Shown in pieces: positions 38,582 to 47,980 of a DNA stretch of 64,000 bases; position 1 is the first letter of the stretch, and every line of letters starts with the position of its first letter. Made by a program: the position numbers and the translations under genes. Under the pieces are notes generated by a model, which did not search any database, was not told the origin of the DNA, and was given only the letters and a program-made list of their open reading frames with translations. Source of the stretch: an uncultured Nitrospiraceae bacterium. GTDB taxonomy: Bacteria > Nitrospirota > Nitrospiria > Nitrospirales > Nitrospiraceae. Location: the NCBI GenBank assembly GCA_963730935.1, contig CAVSTP010000004.1, forward strand, positions 1 through 64,000, read 5' to 3'.

Positions 38582-41074
38582 CTAGAACGTTTTCAAAAAC
38601 TCAATCAGCGCGCGCTTGTCGTCGTCGCTGAGGCCTGGCTCGTTCTCTGCCTTGTTCAAGGAACTCGTCCCGAAGTAGTGGCCTCGATTGACGACGAAAT
38701 CATTGCACTTGCTCAATTCGAGCAGTTCGTCGGCAAGCCCTTTTTCGAGAAAGACCTGTTTTGCCTGCTCATCGGTGGCATTGTCAGGAAGCGCTTTCAG
38801 CGCCTTCTTGATCTTGATGAGCAGCTTCACGAGTTTCTTTCTATGTGTGAACCGCTCAATGAAATTGGCGTCGTCGGGCATCATGTTTAAATTGGCTAAG
38901 AGATTCACCGGGGTGTTTTTGGGAATCGGGCCGATTTCAACGCCGGTCTCTTTGAAGAGGGGCGGAAGCGCAGTGACATCGGGAAGAACGTGTTCTTCCA
39001 GTTCGATGACGTCTTGGAGAAACTCGGGAAGAAATCCTTTTGGCACTCGCAGATAGCTCGTTGTCGTCGTGCGATCGATGAGTCCTGGCACCTTGTCGCC
39101 CAGGACGCGATCTTTGTCCCGCTTCTCCGGCCACAGCATCTGCTCGATCGAGTTTTGGAACGAGCGCATGCGGGCATCCACGCTTGGACTCGGATCGAAT
39201 TTGCCGACGCTGTTGTTGAGCAAATAGGGTGCGGTCGACCACAAACTGACAAGAGAGGGTACACGCGTATACCCCACGCCCCCCGCCGGCATTTTGTATG
39301 GACGCTCTTCACCGGTGATCGGGTGATGCACTGTGATGGTCCCAACCGACGGCAGGTCCTTATAGGAACGTGAAGAGAAATTGTCCCAGATGTTGTCTTC
39401 AATGGCGTTCGTGGCAAGGGTGCTGCAGGCATTGGTTTCAAGCAAGGTGACCGGGATCCGGGCATCGTTTGACAAATAATTGTTGTCGAGAAAATCGTCG
39501 GCCAAGACAATCTTCTTCATTTCCCGCTTGAACTCATCGGTTTTTGTCCACTGCCAATACTTGTTCCAACAGTCCAAATAGCCTTTTCCAGCGCAGCCAT
39601 GAGGATCGAGGCCCTGCACAGAGGATGGAAGCTTGCTCGAATGGCAGCGCGCACAGCGTTCCGCGAAGACTTCCTTGCCTCGCAAGAGTTGCGACGCAGG
39701 AGCGTTGGAATATTTGTCGCTACCCGGAGCATCTTTGAGTTTGTGTGGGCCCGTGGTCTTGAGGAAGAACAGCGCCATGTTGGGCGTTTGCGCTTCGGTC
39801 GCTTCCCAGTAACTGGAATTCTTCCGTGCGTCTTTAATCTTGATTGGCGTGATTTGGTCACCGCCGATCAACGGCTTGAAGTGCAGCAGCCATTCCTCAC
39901 TGAACAGGCCGATATTGAGGAAGACGCGATTCAGCGCTCCCAAGGCGCCCACTGAATCGGATCCGTCCTTCAGCACATGAGGGGTCCAGACGGTGTCGGG
40001 AGCCTGGAAGAACTTCGTGAGCGGTCCATCCGAGACGTAGTTATTCAACTGCTTATTGTCCAAGCCGCCGCCGGCCAGCTTTTCCTGGCCCCAGCGCTTG
40101 GCCTGTTCGAGGCGCGCCCCAAGATGATAGACAGCGTTCATCGTCCGTGGATTGTTGATGCTGTCTGTTGAGACCAACGAGGTGTCGAGGGCGCCTGGGC
40201 GAGATGTATGAAAGAGTTGATAGGGGAAGCTGTTCTGATCTGCCTCCCATGAGAAGATGCGATCGATCCAAAAATACTGGGCGCCGACGTTCGAGCTGAG
40301 ATGCTTCCATCCCGGATGCTCTGGATCTTCCGGGGGTTTCGTTGGAACCGGCCCTACGTGACAGAAGCCACATGACATCCCAACGCGGTAGGGTTTCACC
40401 AAGTCTTTTGAAAGGTAATAGCCTGGGTCTTCGTAGTACCGCTTGGGATCCCATTTTTCAGCGGCCTCTTTGCCAAAGTCAGGGTTCGGAAAGAGGCGCA
40501 ACCCAACAATGCCCGTTGCATAGCCATAGAAAGAACCGACAGGAACAGTGTTGCCTCGGGCGCCGGTCTTGACGCCGGGGTATTTTGTCTCGTTTTCGAA
40601 GGGATCCGGCGGGCAATCAGGGCTGGAAATGCGCTTGTCCAACCAAAGTCCGAAACGGTTGGGGTCGGGGCCGGATGCTTTTTCAAAACATGGTTCATTG
40701 ACCAGGCCCAGATAATACCAACGATTGTCGCGGCTGAATTTCAGACTCGGGTGCGATGACAGCGTTTTCAGAAAATCGAGCGTCCCGTAGCTAATCGTCG
40801 AAAGATCATCCCAGAACTTGTCGTTCCCACCTGTCCAGACAATCCAGGTATTGCGCCCTTTGACTTCTTCGGGAGACAGCTTGGCGCCACCATCCATTTC
40901 GGCAAAGTAATCCTCATCGGCCGCAGGGAAGGATGCGGCGGTGCGTTTTGTCAGATGGGCCTCGTCTTCGACTTCGCCAGGAGTGCCGGATTGTCTTGTC
41001 GACAAACAGCTGAGCAGCACGGCGACGGAAACGAATGCGACAGCCGCGAATTTGAAAGAGAAGGTGTTGAACAT
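38582..41074 (-). CDS. Large di-heme c-type cytochrome lipoprotein of unknown function
   Basis: Two heme c motifs CGFCH and CARCH, LLSC lipobox, VPSLVSLWSTAPYLLNNSV and LSDDDKRALIEFLKTF (peroxidase/RoxA-like C-terminal motifs). Confidence 0.8.
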   Translation of the reverse strand: MFNTFSFKFAAVAFVSVAVLLSCLSTRQSGTPGEVEDEAHLTKRTAASFPAADEDYFAEMDGGAKLSPEEVKGRNTWIVWTGGNDKFWDDLSTISYGTLDFLKTLSSHPSLKFSRDNRWYYLGLVNEPCFEKASGPDPNRFGLWLDKRISSPDCPPDPFENETKYPGVKTGARGNTVPVGSFYGYATGIVGLRLFPNPDFGKEAAEKWDPKRYYEDPGYYLSKDLVKPYRVGMSCGFCHVGPVPTKPPEDPEHPGWKHLSSNVGAQYFWIDRIFSWEADQNSFPYQLFHTSRPGALDTSLVSTDSINNPRTMNAVYHLGARLEQAKRWGQEKLAGGGLDNKQLNNYVSDGPLTKFFQAPDTVWTPHVLKDGSDSVGALGALNRVFLNIGLFSEEWLLHFKPLIGGDQITPIKIKDARKNSSYWEATEAQTPNMALFFLKTTGPHKLKDAPGSDKYSNAPASQLLRGKEVFAERCARCHSSKLPSSVQGLDPHGCAGKGYLDCWNKYWQWTKTDEFKREMKKIVLADDFLDNNYLSNDARIPVTLLETNACSTLATNAIEDNIWDNFSSRSYKDLPSVGTITVHHPITGEERPYKMPAGGVGYTRVPSLVSLWSTAPYLLNNSVGKFDPSPSVDARMRSFQNSIEQMLWPEKRDKDRVLGDKVPGLIDRTTTTSYLRVPKGFLPEFLQDVIELEEHVLPDVTALPPLFKETGVEIGPIPKNTPVNLLANLNMMPDDANFIERFTHRKKLVKLLIKIKKALKALPDNATDEQAKQVFLEKGLADELLELSKCNDFVVNRGHYFGTSSLNKAENEPGLSDDDKRALIEFLKTF

Positions 41075-41087
41075 GTATTGGACCCCT

Positions 41088-44008
41088 CTAATTGAATGCA
41101 GGATCACCCTTCGCATCTTCTCGCGCCTTCCACTGGAGGTCGTAGTAGTTGCCGCGATCGCGTGCCCATGGATCAAACGCATTGACGACGTGCGCGAGCT
41201 CAGGCTCTAGTTCGGGAATCGTCCGACGCAGCACGCATTTGAGCGGCGAAGGGTCCACCTTATTGAACAAGAGCCATGTTTTTACGACGCATTGATCTTC
41301 CGGGCCGTTGTTCATGACCCATTCCACGCCGACCTTGCTGTAGAACTCTTTCGTAAAGCTGGACGTGAAGAACCGGTCGCTGAACAGGCGCCTGGAGGCA
41401 TTGAGGATGAAGACTTGAAATTGCGTTTCCGAGATAGCGAAGCCATGGGGCCGAACCGGTTCGGCCAGCCAGCCAACGATCGTGTCGAGGTCTTCAATGT
41501 TGTCGACTTGTTCGCCATTCTTCTTGCCTAAGCAATCGTCGATCGCTTGCCACTGAATGCCTTCTGATGTTTCGAGTCGGACCTTTTGGGCCGTCGTGAT
41601 CACCTTGGACTTGTCACAGGTATGGCGACCGTAGACCGCTCGAAGTCTATTGACGATCTCCATTTGTCGATCGAGTTCCTTCTGCTTCGTGGAATCTTTC
41701 TTGGCAGCCACTATCAAGTTCTCATCGATGAAATCTTCAAACCTGGTCAAGGTTCTCAGCCCGTATTGCCGACGGAATTCATTGAAGCGGGGGATGCCGC
41801 GTTCTCTATCGCGAATGATGTCGAGCGCAGCAACGTCAATCTGGTGTCCCGCTTCGTCGATGTGTAGATTTTGGAGGAACTGTGGATGGTTCCTGAGCGT
41901 CAGCCGTCCCAGCCGCTGTCGCCCCATCGACAACGCCAGGTTGGCCAGCCCTTTGCCGTGCATCGTCGTTGTGGCTTTCTTCCTGAACGTCTCGACGACC
42001 GGAATCATCCCCTGGATCTGATCAGGGTGATTGAACTGTCGATACTCGATCAGGTCGGGCATCATCGGATGAAGGCGATAGACGGTAATGAACTCTTCGG
42101 GGAAGTTGAATGGCGAGCCGAAGTGGTGTGTGCCTCCGTTGACATGATCGGGCTTCGGGAACGTGTACGTGTTCGGACAAAAGAAAAGATGCCAGCAATC
42201 CCGGATCTCGTTACGCATGCCGAAGATGCCCGGCCCTCCGGCAAAAGCGGAGTATTTGAGATTGGCATCCGCGAGGTCGCCCGAGCGTTTCATCCGGCTC
42301 ATGACGGTTTCCACCGCAGCGCCGACCACCGAATAATTCTCGAACAGTCCAGACCAATTCGCGTTCATGCCTTTGTAAAGCGCTTCGTCATAGAGCAGTT
42401 GAGTGGTCCATTCGATGGTGTGGATCTTGGCAATTTCGGCTGACACGACGAGTCGGGCGATTTCGAACAGCTCTCGAGGAGTCACTTCGCCGAAACGGCA
42501 CAGGATGCTTTCGGCTTGTCGGGCCGCCGCAGCCCGCTGTCCTCCTTCGGATCCTGACTGCGGAAATAATCCACGAACTTGTTGTGCTCTCTGGCGAATA
42601 CGTTATGGAAGAAACTCAGCCCGATGGACCAGTTATCCGGGAACGCCGTCGCCTCCTGGCCTTCCCAGATGGGGTTGATGTGTTTTCGGTCTGACTCATC
42701 GAGCAGGGGCAGGTAGCCTTGTTTCCAGCCTTCCCGTTCCTTTTCGTTTTCCGGTGTCTTGCCGATTGGTCGCATCAAGAGCTTGGCTGGATCGTCTGGA
42801 TCCTTTTTCACGCGCTTTAACGAGGTCTCGTCGTACCCGTAGATCTGAGAGGCATCCCACCAGGCGGTTACCCGGTTCAGTGTTCTTCGTCGAGCCTTCT
42901 TGAGAGATTTTCCGTTGTCGAACATGCCAGGATCTGTCCGGTCGATCAGCGCTTCGCCGATACGGTCCTCAGGGCGGCACTTGATGGTCTCTTTGAGCTG
43001 CTCGGTGCAACCCATGCTCATCATGGTGTCGGCATTCCGCCCTTCGCGGGAATGGGAGAACCAGTCGTGCGTCATGAACTGAATCCAGAACGCGGCCAGG
43101 ACATTAAATGAATTGGCTTTCTCGTAGGGGCACATCGAAAGGTCTTCTTTCGACCCATGTCCCTCGTTGCAGTCCACCCCGTTGCTCTGATCTCGCGAGA
43201 AGAGTGTCCGACTAATGAGTTGCGGGTTCGGCTCAAGCAGCGCAAGTCTTTTCGCATGCCGGTTTCTGGTTTCCGTGCTTTGCTTCTGTTCGTCAAGATC
43301 GGGGAAGGTGACGGCTTCGAATTGGACATTGCGGGCAAGGGGCTGGTTGGTCGAGCCCATGAGAGGGTTGTAGATGTCGTTGCAGTAGCCGTTCAGGTCA
43401 CGAAACCGAATCGATTCGCCTATGCATTGCTGGGAGCCGTCAACCGGATTGGTCGTGAGGCCATCCTTCTTAAGCCGCGCCACGACCCTGACATATTCCT
43501 GCTCATCCATGTCGTTGCCGGCAGGTCTCTGATCGGTTACCCGCATTTCCACCCAAGGCGTGTGGAAGACGCCGGCAGGGTCTCTCAGGATCTGTGAATA
43601 TTTCTCGTAGGTTCCGCTATTGTCGAACAGGTTGAACTTGATCATTTCCATCCGCTGGAATTCGAGGTCCAGCAGCGCGCCTCGGATCCCACGTCCGTTT
43701 CCACCGAGATCTCCGAAGAGCGCGCCGAACCCCGGCACCTTTGAGTCCGCGTCACCGGCGGCCCAGTAGTTTTCCCAGTCTACCCAGGGGCGCGATCTCG
43801 CTTGGACCGTTATCTCGCCGCCGCGGCAGCGGGCTGTGTCTTCCCGGACCTTGCCGAGGAACCGCTCGCTGCGGTCGGGGGCGACGTCTCTCGGACCGCG
43901 CGAGACGTATGTGAAGCAGGAACTCAGCTCTTGTGGATCAAGTGAGGCACAACCAGGGGCTGTGAAGAGAAGAGATGCGAGCAGGAGTGAGGCGGTAAGT
44001 GTGTGCAT
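41088..44008 (-). CDS. Heme peroxidase-cyclooxygenase superfamily enzyme, fatty acid alpha-dioxygenase-like; frameshift near 42500
   Basis: WIQFMTHDWFSH, WWDASQIYG, AKIHTIEWT, EEFITVYRLH, RDRERGIPRFNEFRR, ASRRLFSDRFFT; N-terminal signal peptide ending in APGC. Confidence 0.85.
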
Positions 44009-44230
44009 TGGCTGCACAACTTCCAATGGTTAAATGCCTTGGTGCCCCTTGCTATGCTCTTAATGAGAAATTCTCAATACCGCTTTCGCATAGGGCGGAT
44101 GAACGAACCTTTTGGTTTCACGCCGTTTTTTCAAGGGAAGGCATGGTGATACGCTTTTCCGTCGGCGTCAACAGGTCCATTCGTATCTAGTCTTATCGTA
44201 TCTAGTCTTACATTGAGCACCCAAGCGTTG

Positions 44231-44246
44231 AGCAATGGATATGCCT
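44231..44246 (-). promoter_or_regulatory. Sigma54 (-24/-12) promoter
   Basis: Minus strand AGGCATATCCATTGCT = GG-N10-GC upstream of the dioxygenase operon. Confidence 0.7.
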
Positions 44247-44352
44247 CCAGTATTCTCGCAGTAGAAATGCATCTAATCGTCTGATTCTTTCAGGACTTCG
44301 GTGATCGAGGGAAAGCGAGAGGGCTAGCGATTACCAGGCGGCTAGCTTCTGA

Positions 44353-44394
44353 GTGGATCGATTTAGATTCTAGGGGCGGGTCGGAAAGGATTCA
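44353..44394. promoter_or_regulatory. Paired palindromes, putative enhancer (UAS)
   Basis: GTGGATC-N6-GATTC and GCGGGTC-N6-GATTCA, 23 bp apart, about 110 bp upstream of the -24 box; resemble 25124..25163. Confidence 0.5.
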
Positions 44395-44481
44395 GACGTG
44401 GAACGCGATCTCAAATCTCAGCTCTCACATGCCTTAATGTTGAGGATGGGGTAGGGAAATTTGAAACGCTTCGGGCGCGCC

Positions 44482-46005
44482 TTAATCGATTTTTTCAATA
44501 ATCGCAAAGTAACGACTGTCCGACATCTTCCTGCCTCTGATTTCGGCCTCAATTGCAGTCCCATCTTTACGCTGTATCAATCGTTTCAAGCACAAGGTCT
44601 TGCCCTCGCGGAGTTGCTCAAGGTACTGATTGGCCAACTCTTTTTCTGCAGGGACATAGGTTTCCCTGACATGAAGCTGAAGCAATTCCTCCCTGGTGTA
44701 TCCAAACAATTCGCATGCTTTTGCGTTTACCAGCCTGAAGTAGCCGTCCATATCTAGAGCAACGACGGCGTCCGAAGCCTCTTCCATTAAGAGTCGATAC
44801 TGACGCTCACTCTCCTGTAGAGCCGCTTCTGCTTCCCGGCGTTCAGTAATATCTTGAGCAAAGACCAGGACTCCGATGACATTGCCCTGGGCATCACGGT
44901 ACGGCACTTTGTCTGTCTGCACCCAGCGTTTATGACCAGGTGCTATTTCATAGAGTTCAACAATTCCGAGTCTCGGCTGGCCAGAGGCAATGACGGTAAG
45001 GTCATCCTGATGATATTTCTCCGCTTCCTCAGGATAGAGGTCATAGGTGGATTGCCCTTCAAGCTCCTCCACCGTTTTGTTGATAGATTCTGCTGCATGC
45101 CGGTTGACTCGTAAAATGCGATTCTGCGAATCTTTGTACCAGACCATCGCGGGAATGAGATCCAAGAGAACCTGTTGCTCGATCTGCTGCTGCAGCAATT
45201 TCGCTTCAGCCTCCTTCCGCAGCGTGATGTCGCGAATAATGCCACAGCTCAACATCTGCCCGCTGGATCTCCAAGTGCTCAGCGATAGCTCAACAGGAAA
45301 TTCGCTCCCGTCCTTTCTCAAGCCGGACAGTTCGATCGTTCTCCCCATCTTGCTCGGTTTGCCGGAGGCCTTCGCTAGCTCAAGCCCACGCAGATGACCC
45401 TCGCGGTAGCGAGTCGGCATGATCGTGGTCAGCGGCTTCCCCAGGATCTCTCCCTCCATATAGCCAAAGAGCCGTTCGGCAGCGGTATTCCATGAGACGA
45501 CCTTGCCCTCGTCATCAGCCAACACGATTCCGTCGGGCGCCGTTTGAACCACCTGTCGGAACTGCTCTTCTTTCGCATACAGGGCGCTCTCGACATGCCT
45601 CATCTTGTTCACCAACCGCCGCACGTCCACTGCCTGACGGAGGATGATCTTGAGCTCGTCTCGATTGTAGGGTTTGGTGATATACGCGAAGGCGCCACGG
45701 CGGAGGGCCTCAACTGTGTACTGTTCCTGGATGGAGGCGGTGAGGACAATGACCGGAAGAATAGGGTCCATTTCCTCCAATCCGCGGAGAACCGCGAAGC
45801 CGCTCAAGTCCGGCAATCCCAGATCCAAGACCACTGTACCGAACGATTGCTCTTCGGCTTCCTGCAGCGCCTGCCTTCCCGTTGCCACGCTGCGTACGGT
45901 ATACCCTTCATGTTGAAGGTAATCTGAAAGAGCGAGGGAAAGATCCGGATCATCCTCCACGATGAGGACGGATGAACCATGGGAAGCGAGTTGTTCCGCT
46001 TTCAT
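44482..46005 (-). CDS. Response regulator receiver + three PAS domains, no output domain
   Basis: VLDLGLPDLSG REC, GAFAYITKPYN, three PAS/PAC repeats. Confidence 0.88.
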   Translation of the reverse strand: MKAEQLASHGSSVLIVEDDPDLSLALSDYLQHEGYTVRSVATGRQALQEAEEQSFGTVVLDLGLPDLSGFAVLRGLEEMDPILPVIVLTASIQEQYTVEALRRGAFAYITKPYNRDELKIILRQAVDVRRLVNKMRHVESALYAKEEQFRQVVQTAPDGIVLADDEGKVVSWNTAAERLFGYMEGEILGKPLTTIMPTRYREGHLRGLELAKASGKPSKMGRTIELSGLRKDGSEFPVELSLSTWRSSGQMLSCGIIRDITLRKEAEAKLLQQQIEQQVLLDLIPAMVWYKDSQNRILRVNRHAAESINKTVEELEGQSTYDLYPEEAEKYHQDDLTVIASGQPRLGIVELYEIAPGHKRWVQTDKVPYRDAQGNVIGVLVFAQDITERREAEAALQESERQYRLLMEEASDAVVALDMDGYFRLVNAKACELFGYTREELLQLHVRETYVPAEKELANQYLEQLREGKTLCLKRLIQRKDGTAIEAEIRGRKMSDSRYFAIIEKID

Positions 46006-46131
46006 CGTCTCACCAGTTCAAGAGTGAGGGGGCGATGGATGTGGCAGCATTCAAGAGCGCAGAGGATGGGACAAAAACGCGAGAAAATCAATAGTTGGAA
46101 GGTGGAATGTTAAGGTATACGTTCTTTTAGG

Positions 46132-47877
46132 CTATGTTGCGAACGGCAGAGTGAAGTAGAACCGACTCCCTTTTCCCAGCGCGCTCTCGACACCAATGCT
46201 TCCCCCATGCAACTCGATGAGTCCTTTCGCAATCGCCAGACCTAAGCCAGACCCTGCAACCGGTCCAGAACCCGGTTCTACCCGATAGAACTTGTCGAAG
46301 ATCTTCGGCAGATGCTCTTCCGAGATTCCGCACCCTGTGTCGGACACGTTCATTTTGATATGCCGCTCGTCCAAGACCTGTGCATCGATATGGACATGCC
46401 CACCCGGCGGCGTAAACTTGATCGCATTCTCGAGCAAATTCGCGAGCACTTCATACAGTTTGTCTCGGTCAACGCGAACCTTCGGCATGTCCTCCATGGA
46501 GCCTATGTCCATCGTGATCGATTTCCGCTGGGCAAGGGGCTGGAAGACTTCCGCCAGCTCGGTCAGTAACTCTTGGAGTGACAGCACCGTCGGGCGCAGC
46601 TCCATTTTCCCTGCTTCAAGTTTGGACAGGTTCAGCAGTTCATTCAGCATGCGTGCGAGTCGGTCTGTATTGAATTGGATTCGAGAGGCATAGTACTTTT
46701 GTTTCTCATTTAATGGACCGGCCAGGCCTTCAAACAGGTTCTCTGAAAGGTTCTTGATGGACGTGAGCGGGGTCCGCAATTCATGAGAAACGATACCGAC
46801 AAAGGCAGTTTTCAACTGATTGAACTCTTGCAATTGCTCGACGGTCGCTTGAAGCGTACTGGTTCGGTCCTGAATCCTTCGTTCCAGCGTGCGGTTCAGC
46901 TCATCGAGCTCCTGTTCCGCACGTCCACGCTCGGCAACACCGACGGCTAACACCAAGGCGGTCACGGCAAGTACGGCTATGAAGGCCTGTAATAACAGCA
47001 AGCTTTCATGTGGGTTGCCACGGGCGAAGGGACCAGAGCCCTGCAATGTTCCCCAAATGGCTATTCCTGCACATACAAGAGCGGCGGTGACAGTTTCACG
47101 AGGCCCGAGCCGGACCGCAACCCATATCAGAATGGACAGAGTAAGAAAAGCCAGCGGATAGTTCGGCCCCGTCATTGCCTGGCTGCTCTTAAAGACCGTC
47201 CATGTCACCACGCACAGCAGCGGGAGCGATACGCCCATTTCCAGCAGTTGAGAGCGACTCCAGTTGAGCGCATGTTTGAGGGCATGTTCCGATACCCAGA
47301 GGACGATAGCTGGCGTAACGATCAGAGCGCCAACGACATCACCGAGCCACCAGGTGGTCCAAAGCTCACCATATTTCTGCCAGTCCGCGTAGCCTCCCAG
47401 GGCAAGGCTGGTCACTCCGAACGTTGCGCTCACGGTGGTGCTGAACAGAGCAGCCAGAAGCACAAATTTCAGCGTATCGCCCTGTTGGATAAAGCATTTT
47501 CGACCATTCGCAAAATAGTTGATCAGCAGTGCGCCAATCAGCCCTTCCAACGTATTCCCAGTCGCGATGGCGAGAGATGACACCATCGAACCAGCTGTTG
47601 TCACATTGACCGCAAAGGCTCCGAGAAAGATAGCGGGCCATACCCAATATCCAAGGAGGAGAAAGGCCGCCAGACTGATTCCGGTCGGGGGCCATACCGG
47701 AGTTGCGCTCGGGTGAAAGAGAGCCAATTGAAGGCCAATCTTTCCTGCGAGAACATAGACCACCGCCAGGCTGCACAGGGCGATTGATCGCTGCATGGGA
47801 CTCAATCCGTGCAGAAGTTTGTCAGGGTTCACGTGCTTCCAGTGATCGGTATTTGTTATGACGTTCGACAGTTGCAT
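46132..47877 (-). CDS. MASE1-domain sensor histidine kinase
   Basis: [16 protein letters not shown] (MASE1); [27 protein letters not shown]. Confidence 0.92.
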   Translation of the reverse strand: MQLSNVITNTDHWKHVNPDKLLHGLSPMQRSIALCSLAVVYVLAGKIGLQLALFHPSATPVWPPTGISLAAFLLLGYWVWPAIFLGAFAVNVTTAGSMVSSLAIATGNTLEGLIGALLINYFANGRKCFIQQGDTLKFVLLAALFSTTVSATFGVTSLALGGYADWQKYGELWTTWWLGDVVGALIVTPAIVLWVSEHALKHALNWSRSQLLEMGVSLPLLCVVTWTVFKSSQAMTGPNYPLAFLTLSILIWVAVRLGPRETVTAALVCAGIAIWGTLQGSGPFARGNPHESLLLLQAFIAVLAVTALVLAVGVAERGRAEQELDELNRTLERRIQDRTSTLQATVEQLQEFNQLKTAFVGIVSHELRTPLTSIKNLSENLFEGLAGPLNEKQKYYASRIQFNTDRLARMLNELLNLSKLEAGKMELRPTVLSLQELLTELAEVFQPLAQRKSITMDIGSMEDMPKVRVDRDKLYEVLANLLENAIKFTPPGGHVHIDAQVLDERHIKMNVSDTGCGISEEHLPKIFDKFYRVEPGSGPVAGSGLGLAIAKGLIELHGGSIGVESALGKGSRFYFTLPFAT

Positions 47878-47980
47878 TGAGGGCCAATTCTAGGAGTGCC
47901 TCGTAAGCGACGCAAGAGGGGCGAATAGGGAAATCCAAATACGTGTATTAATCGCGCTTCGGTGCTTGAAGGCAGCCGGA

